DNA from: Chloroflexota bacterium
Lineage (GTDB): Bacteria > Chloroflexota > Limnocylindria > P2-11E
Assembly (NCBI GenBank): GCA_005889295.1
Contig: VBEY01000242.1
Coordinates: 1 to 50,244, forward strand
Length of the DNA stretch: 50,244 bases
Direction: 5' to 3'
Part shown: piece after piece, positions 1-9,441 of the stretch
Numbering within the stretch: the stretch's first letter is position 1
How the letters are laid out: the number at the start of each line of letters is the position of its first letter
Made by a program: the position numbers and the translations under genes
Notes under the pieces: generated by a model
Database searches by the model: none
What the model was told of the DNA's origin: nothing
Seen by the model: only the letters and a program-made list of their open reading frames with translations

Positions 1-506
1 AGCTCGGCACCGCGCACGAAGATCTTCTGACCCGCTGCACACTGCTCCGGCTCGAAGGTGCAGCGGTTGTACGTGAGAACGACCGAGGGATCGACCTTGA
101 AGTGGCTTGCGATCGTGTCGACCGTGTCGCCGTCTTTCACCGTGTACAGGGCGCCTTCCGCCGGCGGTATGACGAGCTTCTGGCCGAGCTGCAGAGCGCG
201 CGCGTCGGTTAGACCGTTGGCGAAGGCGACAGCTTCGACCGAGACGTCGTAGTAGTTCGCCATCGTCGCGAGGGTGTCGCCTTCGTGGATCGTGACCTCC
301 ACCACCGGCCGCGTGCCTTCGGCGGCAACCGTCACCGGATTTCGGCTAGCCGCGATGGCAGCCCCGCGAGCGACCGGTTGGGCGCGCGAAGCGTCGCCGG
401 CTATCACGGCCCCCGCGGCGATGGTCGGGGGGACCGTGCTCGCGCGAGACGCGGCCGTGGCCGCGAACGGAAGCGACAGAACGAGCACCGCGACGGAGGT
501 GTTCAT
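1..506 (-). CDS. Secreted LysM-domain protein, partial (C-terminus runs off the window start)
   Basis: Own minus-strand translation from the ATG at 506-504 gives MNTSVAVLVLSLPFAATAASRA..., a signal-like N-terminus. Two LysM-like repeats follow: HEGDTLATMANYYDVSVEAVAFANGL and YTVKDGDTVDTIASHFKVDPSVVLTYN. It is absent from the ORF track because there is no stop codon inside the window. Confidence 0.75.
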   Translation of the reverse strand, partial: MNTSVAVLVLSLPFAATAASRASTVPPTIAAGAVIAGDASRAQPVARGAAIAASRNPVTVAAEGTRPVVEVTIHEGDTLATMANYYDVSVEAVAFANGLTDARALQLGQKLVIPPAEGALYTVKDGDTVDTIASHFKVDPSVVLTYNRCTFEPEQCAAGQKIFVRGAE

Positions 507-936
507 GGCGAGGCGCAGGCCTCGCACGCCGACAAGACCGGTGAGGTAGCCGCTCGTGCCCTCGAGAGCGACAAAGGAAAGGTGCCGAACCCGTGCGCCG
601 AGCGAAGCGGCGCCGAGAGAAAGAAGTCGAGCGTGACGCTGGAGGATCCGTTTCGGGTTAGGCGTGGCCTGCGAACGTCGGCTCTGTTGTCCCAACCCTT
701 GCGGTTCCTCCCAACCTACAAAACTCGGCCCGCTCTTTTTGGCCGGTCTCTGTTCGTTCCGTCCCTTCGCTCGCCATCGACGTCTTCGGTCGACCTCCCG
801 AGCCGCGCGCATGTACGGATTGCGTACTGAGCGTGCAGGGAGGACTGCACCGTAAACCCGCTCCAACAGATGTGTCAACCGTGCAACGCGGTAGCACCAA
901 GCAAGGTATTGGTGGAAATCCGGTTTCGGCGCCGGT

Positions 937-965
937 TTGCTCGCATGAGTACCCCTACGTAGGCT
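937..965 (+). promoter_or_regulatory. Possible sigma70-type promoter of the nuo operon (TTGCTC, 17 nt, TAGGCT)
   Basis: The -35-like TTGCTC lies at 937-942 and the TAnnnT -10 TAGGCT at 960-965, with a 17-nt spacer. Only 7 nt separate the -10 from the nuoA GTG at 973, and there is no Shine-Dalgarno sequence. This would imply a leaderless or near-leaderless mRNA. Confidence 0.3.
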
Positions 966-972
966 TCTTTCG

Positions 973-1338
973 GTGCCCGACTACAGCCTTTCGTACGTTT
1001 ACGTGTTCGCGTTCTTCGTGGTCGGGGCGATCTTCGTTACCGCACTGCTGACGCTCGCTCGCCTCGTCGCTCCCCGGAAGGCAACGAAGGAAAAGCTCCG
1101 CACGTACGAATCGGGTGAAGAGCCGATCGGCCAGGCGTGGGGCAGGTATCCGACACACTTCTATGTCTTCGCGTTGCTCTTCGTGGTGTTCGACGTCGAA
1201 GTGATTTTTCTTTTTCCGTGGGCGGTGCTCTTCAGATCGCTCGGTGTCGCCGGCCTCATCGAAGTGGTCGTGTTCATAGGCATCCTCGTCGTGGGTCTCT
1301 ACTACGCATGGAAGAAGGACGCGCTGAATTGGTACTGA
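973..1338 (+). CDS. nuoA: NADH-quinone oxidoreductase subunit A
   Basis: 121 aa with three TM segments. Carries the typical NuoA core YESGEEPIGQAW...FYVFALLFVVFDVEVIFLFPWAV. It is the first gene of the nuo run. Confidence 0.9.
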   Translation: MPDYSLSYVYVFAFFVVGAIFVTALLTLARLVAPRKATKEKLRTYESGEEPIGQAWGRYPTHFYVFALLFVVFDVEVIFLFPWAVLFRSLGVAGLIEVVVFIGILVVGLYYAWKKDALNWY

Positions 1339-1817
1339 GCGCGCCGCGCCCGCCGGCCGCGCTCGCCGATCTTCGGTCGTACCTGGTGACCCAGCTGGGC
1401 GAGAAGGCTCGCGTGTCGACGCTGCACGACATGCTCGTGCTCGACGTCGATCGCGAGCGGCTCGTCGAGGTCGCGACGTTCGTTCGGGATGACGCGCGGA
1501 CCGCCTGCGATCTGTATTCGGTCAACGCAGGCGTCGACATGGGCACAGAGCTGCGCTCGGTGACGTTCGTTCGTGGCACCAGCACGAAGGTCTCGGTCAT
1601 GCTGCGCACCTCGTGCACGGAGCTCGATCCACACATCCCCACGCTCGTCCCGGTGTGGGAAGGCGCCAATTGGTGCGAGCGCGAGACGTACGACATGTTC
1701 GGGATCGAGTTCGATGGGCATCCCGACCTCCGCCGCATCTTCCTCGAGGAGAGCTTCCCCGGTCATCCGCTTCGCAAGTCGTTCCTGCCCCCGCGTAGCG
1801 ACGCGCGCGGCGGATAG
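1329..1817 (+). CDS. nuoC: NADH-quinone oxidoreductase subunit C (30 kDa subunit)
   Basis: The C-terminal part of track ORF 1137-1817 reads ...PTLVPVWEGANWCERETYDMFGIEFDGHPDLRRIFL..FPGHPLRK, the NuoC signature. The start is uncertain: a TTG at 1329 overlaps the nuoA stop, and a GTG at 1386 is the alternative. Confidence 0.8.
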   Translation: MVLSAPRPPAALADLRSYLVTQLGEKARVSTLHDMLVLDVDRERLVEVATFVRDDARTACDLYSVNAGVDMGTELRSVTFVRGTSTKVSVMLRTSCTELDPHIPTLVPVWEGANWCERETYDMFGIEFDGHPDLRRIFLEESFPGHPLRKSFLPPRSDARGG

Positions 1818-1819
1818 AG

Positions 1820-2971
1820 ATGCCCGTCGGTCCCTTTGGCATCGATCCGCTCATCTGGGCGCCGCTGCGCCTGATCATCGCGGTGGGCCTCGCGCTCTTC
1901 CTCGTTCTGAACGGTGCGCTGCTGCAGATCTACCTCGAGCGCAAGATCCAGGCGATCATCCAAGACCGACTCGGCCCCTATCACGTCGGACCGTTTGGCC
2001 TCCTGCAGACGTTCGCGGACGCGCTCAAGCTCATCTCGAAGGAGGACGTCCGCGCGGCCGCGACCGACGGCTGGTTCTTCGTTGCGGCGCCCGCGCTCGT
2101 CTTCTGCCCCATGCTCGCTTCCTGGGTCGTCCTGCCGTTCGCCCAGGACATCGTTGGCACGAACCTCAACATCGGGCTCCTTTATCTGACGACGCTCGGT
2201 TCAATGACAGTGCTCGGCATCGTCATCGCCGGCTGGGCCTCGAACAACAAGTACGCGCTCATGGGCGGCCTTCGCTCGGCCGGTCAGCTCATCTCGTACG
2301 AGATCCCCCAGATCCTCGCGCTCGTGTCAGTAGTACTCGTCGTCGGATCCCTGTCGATGATCGATATCACGCGCTCCCAGGCGGGCCCGCTCGTAAACGT
2401 CCTGATCCTTCCGTTCCCGTTCCTGATCTACTTCATCGCGGCGCTGGCCGAGACGAACCGCACGCCGTTCGATCTGCCCGAAGCCGAGTCCGAGCTCGTG
2501 GCCGGCTGGCTCACGGAGTACTCCGGCATGCGGTGGGGCACGATGCTGGCGCTCTCGGAATACGGCAACGTGACGGTGGTCTGCGCCATCGTCACGACGC
2601 TCTGGTTCGGTGGCTGGCAGGGGCCCGGTGTCGATGCGATCCCGCTCCTTGGGGTCCTGTGGTTCACGCTCAAGGTCTACGCGTTCATCCTGATCATGAT
2701 GTGGATCCGCGCGACGCTGCCGCGTCTGCGGATCGACCAGCTGATGAGCTTCTGCTGGAAGGGGCTCATTCCGGCGGCCCTCGTGAACATCCTCGTCGTC
2801 GCCACGCTCGCGCTCGCGTTCCCGACAACGAAGATCCCGATCGCGATCGCGAGCTGGGTGCTCGTGGTCCTCTTCGTCGCCGGTATCCCATTCGTGCAGC
2901 GTCGGCGGCTGCGAGTACTTCGCGCGCGAGCCCGCGCCTCGGCGGCACCGGCGGTCCGCGCGGTCAGCTGA
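1820..2971 (+). CDS. nuoH: NADH-quinone oxidoreductase subunit H
   Basis: 383 aa and polytopic. Contains RLGPYHVGPFGLLQTFADALKLISKEDV and ETNRTPFDLPEAESELVAG, both classic NuoH/ND1 motifs. Confidence 0.95.
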   Translation: MPVGPFGIDPLIWAPLRLIIAVGLALFLVLNGALLQIYLERKIQAIIQDRLGPYHVGPFGLLQTFADALKLISKEDVRAAATDGWFFVAAPALVFCPMLASWVVLPFAQDIVGTNLNIGLLYLTTLGSMTVLGIVIAGWASNNKYALMGGLRSAGQLISYEIPQILALVSVVLVVGSLSMIDITRSQAGPLVNVLILPFPFLIYFIAALAETNRTPFDLPEAESELVAGWLTEYSGMRWGTMLALSEYGNVTVVCAIVTTLWFGGWQGPGVDAIPLLGVLWFTLKVYAFILIMMWIRATLPRLRIDQLMSFCWKGLIPAALVNILVVATLALAFPTTKIPIAIASWVLVVLFVAGIPFVQRRRLRVLRARARASAAPAVRAVS

Positions 2972-2978
2972 CAACGGG

Positions 2979-3506
2979 GTGACGTTCGACTTCATCGAGC
3001 CGGTGGTGTTCGCCCTTCTGGCGATCGGGGTGATCGCCGGTGGCGCGGCGGTCGTGCTGCTCAGTCGGATCACGGCGGCGGCCCTGCTCATGGCCTTCAC
3101 GTTCCTCAGCATGGCCGGGATGTTCGTCCTGCTCGGTGCGGAAACGCTCGCCGCGTTCCAGGTCCTCATTTACGTCGGCGCGATCACCGTGCTGATCCTC
3201 TACGGAGTCATGTTCACCAAGTTCAGCGATCGTCCGCGCGCGCTCTTCTTCCAGCGTCAGACGCCCCTCGCGGTGGTGTTCGTCGCCGCGGTCGCCATCC
3301 CGGTGGCACTCCTTTCGTTCTCGTTCACGAGCGCGTCGCCTCGGCCGGGCGGCGGCGATCTGTCCGCGCTGGCGACCAGCGTCTTCACGGATTTCGCTTT
3401 CCCGTTCGAGATCGCGTCGGTGCTCCTTCTCGCGGCGATGGTCGGCGCGATCGTGCTCACCGGGCGCGACGACCCTGAAGAGGCGGCGCGGAGGCGACGC
3501 CGATGA
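2979..3506 (+). CDS. nuoJ: NADH-quinone oxidoreductase subunit J
   Basis: 175-aa membrane protein with QVLIYVGAITVLILYGVMF, typical of NuoJ/ND6. It sits between nuoH and nuoK. Confidence 0.85.
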   Translation: MTFDFIEPVVFALLAIGVIAGGAAVVLLSRITAAALLMAFTFLSMAGMFVLLGAETLAAFQVLIYVGAITVLILYGVMFTKFSDRPRALFFQRQTPLAVVFVAAVAIPVALLSFSFTSASPRPGGGDLSALATSVFTDFAFPFEIASVLLLAAMVGAIVLTGRDDPEEAARRRRR

Positions 3507-3814
3507 CCGTGCCACTCGGCGCCTACGTCGCCGTATCGGCGGTGCTCTTTTTTATCGGGTGCGCGGGCGTGCTCGTCCGGCGCAACGCCGTCGTCATCCT
3601 CATGTGCGTCGAGCTCATGCTGAACGCGGCGAACCTGGCCCTCGTCGCTTTCTCGCGCAAGTACGGCTCGATCGACGAGCGCGGGAGCGTCTTCGTTGTC
3701 TTCGTGTTTGTCATCGCGGCGGCCGAGGTCGCGGTCGGCCTCGCGATCATCCTCTCGGCCTACCGGAATCGGCCGGTGGTGGACGTCGACCAGATCCACC
3801 AGATGAAGGGATGA
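3503..3814 (+). CDS. nuoK: NADH-quinone oxidoreductase subunit K
   Basis: 103 aa with LMCVELMLNAANLALVAFS, the NuoK/ND4L motif. Its start overlaps the nuoJ stop as ATGA. Confidence 0.9.
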   Translation: MTVPLGAYVAVSAVLFFIGCAGVLVRRNAVVILMCVELMLNAANLALVAFSRKYGSIDERGSVFVVFVFVIAAAEVAVGLAIILSAYRNRPVVDVDQIHQMKG

Positions 3815-3818
3815 CCGA

Positions 3819-5726
3819 GTGATCTCCCTCGTCTGGCTGATCCCGGCGCTGCCGCTCGCGGCGTTCCTGGTGAGCGGCCTCTTCGGCCGCCGCTGGCTCG
3901 GCCACATGACCGGGGTCATCGCATCGGCTGCGGTGGGTCTCTCGGCGCTCCTCTCGATCGGTGTCTTCCTCGAGGTGCTTGGCGGAAAGACGCAGACGGT
4001 GGTCCCGCTGTACCGGTGGATCGCGGTCGGCGATTTCTCAATCAACGTCTCAGCGCTGGTCGACCCACTCTCGTCGGTGATGCTCCTCGTCGTAACCGTG
4101 GTCTCATTCCTGATCTTCGTGTACTCGAACGGCTACATGGAGCACGAGGCCGGCTTCTACCGCTTCTTCACCTGGCTCTCGCTATTCGTATTCGCGATGT
4201 TGATCCTGGTCATGGCGGACAACTACCTGCTCATGTTCGTGGGCTGGGAAGGCGTCGGCCTGTGCAGCTACCTCCTCATCGGGTTCTGGTTCGAGCGACC
4301 CGAGCCGTACCTCGCGGCGAAGAAGGCGTTCGTGATGAACCGGATCGGCGACTGGGGCTACACGATCGGGATCATCACGATCTTCCTCGTCTTCGGCTCG
4401 ATGAACTTTATCGACGTGTTTAGACGGCTCGAGGTGAGCGCGCCCGCTCAGGCGACGCTGACCCTCATCTGCGTGGCGCTCTTCTTCGGCGCGACCGGTA
4501 AATCGGCGCAGATTCCGCTCTACACGTGGCTTCCCGACGCCATGGAGGGGCCAACGCCCGTGTCGGCGCTCATCCACGCCGCGACGATGGTCACGTCGGG
4601 CGTGTACCTGGTCGCGAGGTCCATGCCGCTTTTCGAGGTCGCCGGCCCGTCGCTGCAGATCGTCGGCACCATCGGCGCGGTCACCGCGATCTTCGCCGCG
4701 ACGATCGCGCTCGTGCAGTTCGACATCAAGCGGGTGATGGCGTACTCGACGGTCAGCCAGCTCGGCTACATGTTCCTCGCGCTCGGCGTCGGCGCGCCCA
4801 TCGCTGCCATCTTCCATCTCGCGACGCACGCCTTCTTCAAGGCGCTCCTCTTCCTTGGGTCCGGGTCGGTGATCCACGGCCTCGGCGGGGAGCAGGACAT
4901 GCGCCGAATGGGCGGCCTTCGCCGCAAGATGCCGGTGACCTTTTGGACGATGCTGATCGCGGGTGGGGCGCTCGCGGCGCTGCCGCCGCTCGCGGGTTTC
5001 TGGTCGAAGGACGAAATACTCGGCGCCGCGTTTGTGAACGGCCACCTCCTGCTGTACGCGATCGGGATCATCACGGCCGTGCTCACCGCCTTCTACGTGA
5101 CCCGTGCGCTCTGGATGACGTTCTACGGAGAGCCGCGCGATCACCATCTCTACGACCACGCGCACGAATCCCCGCGCGTGATGACGCTTCCCTTAGTGGC
5201 GCTCGCCGCCGGCTCGGCCGTGCTCGGTATCGTCATCGGCTTCCCGCCCGAGCAGGGCTTCGTCCATCGGTTCCTGAACCCCGTCGTCGAGGCAGCCGGC
5301 ATCGCCGAGCACGTGCCGGAGCTCGTCACGATCGTCGCCTTGGCGTTTGTCTCGGTGCTCGCGGGTGTCATCGGGATCGCGATTGGCGTCTCGATGTACG
5401 TGCGCCACCGTCCGGACCCCGCCGCGCTCACCCGTGCGGCCGGCCCCGTCTACCGGATCCTCGTCAACAAGTACTACGTCGACGACCTGTACGACCATCG
5501 CTTCGTCGACGCCGCCCGCGCGTTCGCGGGCGCGGCCTGGGCCTTCGACATTCACATCATCGATGGGCTCGCGAACCGCCTCGGCTGGGCGCTCGCGCTC
5601 GGTGGCCAGGGCTTACGTCGCGCGCAGACCGGGATCGTGGGCAATTACGCGCTCACGATCGTCGCGGGTCTCCTGCTGGTGCTCGTGGCGTACGGCGGTT
5701 ACGCCGCCGGGATCCTCGGCCGATGA
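3819..5726 (+). CDS. nuoL: NADH-quinone oxidoreductase subunit L
   Basis: 635-aa antiporter-like subunit. Contains WEGVGLCSYLLIGFW, TWLPDAMEGPTPVSALIHAATMV and KRVMAYSTVSQLGYMF. Confidence 0.95.
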   Translation: MISLVWLIPALPLAAFLVSGLFGRRWLGHMTGVIASAAVGLSALLSIGVFLEVLGGKTQTVVPLYRWIAVGDFSINVSALVDPLSSVMLLVVTVVSFLIFVYSNGYMEHEAGFYRFFTWLSLFVFAMLILVMADNYLLMFVGWEGVGLCSYLLIGFWFERPEPYLAAKKAFVMNRIGDWGYTIGIITIFLVFGSMNFIDVFRRLEVSAPAQATLTLICVALFFGATGKSAQIPLYTWLPDAMEGPTPVSALIHAATMVTSGVYLVARSMPLFEVAGPSLQIVGTIGAVTAIFAATIALVQFDIKRVMAYSTVSQLGYMFLALGVGAPIAAIFHLATHAFFKALLFLGSGSVIHGLGGEQDMRRMGGLRRKMPVTFWTMLIAGGALAALPPLAGFWSKDEILGAAFVNGHLLLYAIGIITAVLTAFYVTRALWMTFYGEPRDHHLYDHAHESPRVMTLPLVALAAGSAVLGIVIGFPPEQGFVHRFLNPVVEAAGIAEHVPELVTIVALAFVSVLAGVIGIAIGVSMYVRHRPDPAALTRAAGPVYRILVNKYYVDDLYDHRFVDAARAFAGAAWAFDIHIIDGLANRLGWALALGGQGLRRAQTGIVGNYALTIVAGLLLVLVAYGGYAAGILGR

Positions 5727-7249
5727 CGAACGTGCTGTCGCTGCTCGTCGTCATCCCGCTCGCGGGACTCGTCCCGCTCTTTTTCTTCCGCCGTGACGAG
5801 CGCGCCGCGAAGCAGGTCGCGATCACCACAACGTTCGTGGAGTTCTTGGTCTCGCTTTGGATGCTCACTCAATTCCACGTGCAGGCCGGCTTCCAGCTCG
5901 TCGAGCGACTCGAGTGGCTCCCGAGTCTTGGGATCAGCTATCTCGTCGGTGTGGACGGCATCTCCGTTTTCCTCGTCCCGATGACCACCTTGCTGACGTT
6001 CATCGCCGTCCTGTACTCGAGCGGCGGCGCGATCAAGACACGGATCGTCGAATACATGACGGCGTTCCTGTTGCTAGAGGTCGGTATGGTCGGGGTGTTC
6101 ATCGCGCTCGACCTGTTCCTCTTCTACATCTTCTTCGAGCTGATGCTCGTGCCGATGTATTTGATCATCGGGATCTGGGGCGGCCCCCGGCGGATCTACG
6201 CGACGCTCAAATTCGTGATCTTCACGCTCGCAGGTTCGCTGCTCATGCTCGTGGGCATCGTCGCCGTCTACATCCAGTCGGCCGACGCCACGGGCTCGCG
6301 CACGCTCTCGCTCCCCGACCTCATCGAGCTGCGCGGCCGTTTTCCGGCGGACTTCCAGTTCTGGGTGTTCCTGGCCTTCGGGCTCGCGTTCGCGATCAAG
6401 CTGCCGATGATCCCGTTCCACACCTGGCTTCCCGACGCGCACGTCGAGGCGCCGACCGCGGGGTCGATCGTCCTCGCCGGTGTTCTCCTGAAAGCGGGCG
6501 GCTATGGTTTCCTCCGCTTCGGGCTGCCGCTCTTTCCACTCGGGGTCCAGGCCTGGCTACCGGTCCTCATCGTTCTCTCGGTTGTCGCGATCCTCTACGG
6601 GGCAACCGTCTCCGCGGTGCAGAAGGACCTCAAGAAGCTCGTCGCCTACTCCTCGGTGGCGCACATGGGCTTCGTCACGCTCGGCATATTCGTTCTCAAC
6701 CTGCAGGGCGGCGTCGGCGCCGTGCTGCAGATGTTGAACCACGGTTTCGTGACCGGCGCGCTCTTCCTCTTCGTCGGCATCCAGTACGAGAAAACGCACC
6801 GGCGGATGATCGCTGACCTCGGCGGTCTCGCGAACATGTGGCCGCTCTTCACGACCTTCTTCGGCGTGTTCGTTCTCGCCTCGCTCGGACTGCCCGGCCT
6901 CAATGGTTTCGTCGGGGAGTTCCTTGTCCTCCTGGGGACGTTCGGCTTCTCCGGCGCGCCGCCGCTCGGTGGTCTCTTCTGGGGACCGCTCGCCGCCATC
7001 GGCGTCATCCTCGCCGCCGTCTACCTCCTCTGGATGTTCCAGCGCGTGATGTACGGTCCGGTGCGAGAGGCCTTCCGGTCGCTGCCAGACCTGTCGCGGC
7101 TCGAGATCGCGTGCGCGCTTCCGCTCCTGCTACTTACCGTGATCCTCGGCGTGGTCCCGCAGCCGTTCATTGCCTACATCGAGCCTTCGCTCGACCGGGT
7201 CATCCGCCTCGCAACCGACCCGTCCTTCACTGTGGTTGCATTTAGATGA
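5723..7249 (+). CDS. nuoM: NADH-quinone oxidoreductase subunit M
   Basis: The real start is taken as the ATG at 5723, which overlaps the nuoL stop as ATGA, inside the long track ORF 4526-7249. The product begins MTNVLSLLVVIPLAG and contains FHTWLPDAHVEAPTAGSIVLAGVLLK and LVAYSSVAHMGFV. The upstream 400 codons of that ORF are Arg/Pro-rich out-of-frame nuoL sequence. Confidence 0.9.
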   Translation: MTNVLSLLVVIPLAGLVPLFFFRRDERAAKQVAITTTFVEFLVSLWMLTQFHVQAGFQLVERLEWLPSLGISYLVGVDGISVFLVPMTTLLTFIAVLYSSGGAIKTRIVEYMTAFLLLEVGMVGVFIALDLFLFYIFFELMLVPMYLIIGIWGGPRRIYATLKFVIFTLAGSLLMLVGIVAVYIQSADATGSRTLSLPDLIELRGRFPADFQFWVFLAFGLAFAIKLPMIPFHTWLPDAHVEAPTAGSIVLAGVLLKAGGYGFLRFGLPLFPLGVQAWLPVLIVLSVVAILYGATVSAVQKDLKKLVAYSSVAHMGFVTLGIFVLNLQGGVGAVLQMLNHGFVTGALFLFVGIQYEKTHRRMIADLGGLANMWPLFTTFFGVFVLASLGLPGLNGFVGEFLVLLGTFGFSGAPPLGGLFWGPLAAIGVILAAVYLLWMFQRVMYGPVREAFRSLPDLSRLEIACALPLLLLTVILGVVPQPFIAYIEPSLDRVIRLATDPSFTVVAFR

Positions 7250-8694
7250 CGGCCGCTGATCTGGTCGCCGTCTACCCCGAGATCATCGTCACGGCGGTGG
7301 CGATGATCGCGCTCGTCGTCGATGCGCTGCTCGACCGCCGTCGCGCGGCGCTGGCGCTGCCGATCATCACGATCGCGGGGCTCGTCGTGGCGCTTGCGTC
7401 GGTCTTCAACTTCGTGCCAGCGGGCGCGTACTTCCGCGGATTCGTGACGATCGACGCCTTCACCTCGTTCTTCCGCGCGGTCTTCATCGTGCTCGCGATC
7501 TTCGCCGCGGCCGTTTCGCCCGCGTACCTGGCGCGCCGAGGCGTTCCGGCGGGGGAGTACTACGCGATCATCTGCTTCTCGACGGTCGGCGCGATGACCA
7601 TCGCGCTGTCCTCGGATCTCATCACCCTTTTCGTCGGCCTCGAGACGATGACGATTCCCATCTACGTGCTCGCCGGGATTCAGCGGACGGACCGGTTCGC
7701 GAACGAAGCCGCGATCAAGTACTTCCTCCTCGGCGCGTTCAGCTCGGCCCTCCTTCTCTACGGGCTGGCGTGGCTGTACGGCGTCACGAAGGCCACCGAC
7801 TTCGCGACGATCGCGAACGTCCTCGCCGCGCAGGGCATCGCGAACGGCCCGACGATCGTCGCGCTCGCCCTCATCACGGTGGGTCTGGGGTTCAAGGCCG
7901 CGATCGTTCCGTTCCACCAATGGACGCCCGACGCGTACGACGGCGCACCCACCCCGGCGACCGCGTTCATGTCGGTCGGCCCGAAGGCCGCCGCCTTCGC
8001 GGCGATCCTCCGTGTTCTCGTCGGCGCCCTCGGTCCACTCGGTGTGGACTGGAGCGCGGTTCTGGCGATCCTTGCGGCGGTCACGATGACGGGTGGGAAC
8101 ATCGTCGCGCTCGCGCAGACAAACACGAAGCGGATGCTCGCGTACTCGAGCATCGCGCACACCGGCTACATCCTCGCGGCGGTCGCGGCGGCGAAGGCTG
8201 GTCCGAGCGCCGGCGCGGCGGTCCTCTTTTACGTCTTCGCGTATGGAGTCATGAATCTCGGCGCGTTTGCGTGCCTTCTCTACTTCGACCTCGAGGGCAC
8301 GCGCGGCGCGTCGCTCGACGAGCTGAACGGCTTCGGTCGGAGACAGCCGCTCGGTGCCCTCGCGTTCGCGATCTTTCTCGTGTCACTCACCGGGATCCCG
8401 CCGACCATCGGCTTCGTCGCCAAGTTCGTGGTGATCCAGCCGGTGCTCGATGCAGGCCTCGCGTGGCTCGCGGTAGTCATCGCGCTGAACGCCGTGCTCG
8501 CGGCCTTCTACTACCTGCGAGTCGTCGTCCACATGTACATGTACGAGGCCGAGGAGAAGGTGCCGCGGATCGTGTCGGGGCGCTCGCTGTCGGTCAGCCT
8601 GGGGATCGCCTCGTTCGCTGTGGTCCTGCTTGGGATCGTTCCGAACTCGATCTATCAGTGGGCTCTCGAGGCCGCGCAGCCGCTCGTTCGCTAA
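7246..8694 (+). CDS. nuoN: NADH-quinone oxidoreductase subunit N
   Basis: 482 aa with PFHQWTPDAYDGAPTPATAFM and RMLAYSSIAHTGYIL. Its start overlaps the nuoM stop as ATGA. Confidence 0.9.
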   Translation: MTAADLVAVYPEIIVTAVAMIALVVDALLDRRRAALALPIITIAGLVVALASVFNFVPAGAYFRGFVTIDAFTSFFRAVFIVLAIFAAAVSPAYLARRGVPAGEYYAIICFSTVGAMTIALSSDLITLFVGLETMTIPIYVLAGIQRTDRFANEAAIKYFLLGAFSSALLLYGLAWLYGVTKATDFATIANVLAAQGIANGPTIVALALITVGLGFKAAIVPFHQWTPDAYDGAPTPATAFMSVGPKAAAFAAILRVLVGALGPLGVDWSAVLAILAAVTMTGGNIVALAQTNTKRMLAYSSIAHTGYILAAVAAAKAGPSAGAAVLFYVFAYGVMNLGAFACLLYFDLEGTRGASLDELNGFGRRQPLGALAFAIFLVSLTGIPPTIGFVAKFVVIQPVLDAGLAWLAVVIALNAVLAAFYYLRVVVHMYMYEAEEKVPRIVSGRSLSVSLGIASFAVVLLGIVPNSIYQWALEAAQPLVR

Positions 8695-9092
8695 CGGCGC
8701 GGCGGGACGTCGGCGCGCCGCGAAGGCAACAGCTGTTCGCCGACCCAACCCCCGACAGCGCCGATGACGAGCGCGATCCCGAGCGGCGCGAGCACCTCGG
8801 GAAAGTGCAGCGAGATGAGTCCGTTGAACTCCTCGACCGGTGCGGTCTGCGGACGGAAGGCCTGATGGAGCTGGGTCGCGATGATGCTTCCAACGAAGAG
8901 CGAAAAGAGGAACGCGACCGGCGCAGCGATCGCACCGCCCCTCCCGGCGATGAGGCCGGCGCAGAAGAGGATTGCGCCCGCCACACCCAGGAGGATGACC
9001 GGCGGCACCGGGAGCGGCTCCGTCAGCGCCCACCAGAACGCGAGTCCGACCGCGCTCGCCACCACCGAAGCAAACACGCGGGACCAGCTCAC
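8691..9092 (-). CDS. Small polytopic membrane protein, unknown function
   Basis: 133 aa with about 4 hydrophobic helices and high GC3. It overlaps the upstream minus-strand gene by 4 nt. It is the last gene of the pepP operon and is convergent with nuoN. Confidence 0.55.
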   Translation of the reverse strand: MSWSRVFASVVASAVGLAFWWALTEPLPVPPVILLGVAGAILFCAGLIAGRGGAIAAPVAFLFSLFVGSIIATQLHQAFRPQTAPVEEFNGLISLHFPEVLAPLGIALVIGAVGGWVGEQLLPSRRADVPPRR

Positions 9093-9439
9093 CGGCGTGC
9101 GAGCGCTCTGGCTCGAAGACCTTCGCCGAGCGCACCGGCCACCGCGCCGATGACCGCGTACGGCGCGATCGCGACGATGAGCGCGGTCTCGCCTTGAACC
9201 CTGTCAAACAAGGTCTGTCCCGCCGCGCTCGTACTTGTGAACGTGGCGATCCCGTAGAGGGCGACGCCGAGGACCACCGAGAGCGCACCGGCGAGCCACC
9301 CTCTGCGCCGGGACAAGAATCCGGCCCCGAGCGAAGCGAGCACGACGTAGAGAATCGCGGTGAGCACCACGACGCCCGGGATGAAGTAGAGGAACATCTG
9401 GGTCACGCCAGCGACGACCACGGCCAGGGCGAACCGCAC
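9089..9439 (-). CDS. Small polytopic membrane protein, unknown function
   Basis: 116 aa with about 4 hydrophobic helices. It starts 2 nt after the pepP stop and has similar architecture to the next gene. Confidence 0.55.
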   Translation of the reverse strand: MRFALAVVVAGVTQMFLYFIPGVVVLTAILYVVLASLGAGFLSRRRGWLAGALSVVLGVALYGIATFTSTSAAGQTLFDRVQGETALIVAIAPYAVIGAVAGALGEGLRARALARR

Positions 9440-9441
9440 GT

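Noticed and set aside
507-800. Possible c-di-AMP (ydaO-type) riboswitch in the long leader of the LysM protein gene
   Set aside because: I reverse-complemented the region and looked for the conserved GGGGACCCA, GGGGUGAAUC and CCCGAA.CCG.CAGCUAACCUCGUA blocks. Only a loose ACCCGAAAC and a repeated GGTTGGGA are present. Without a covariance-model scan it cannot be supported.
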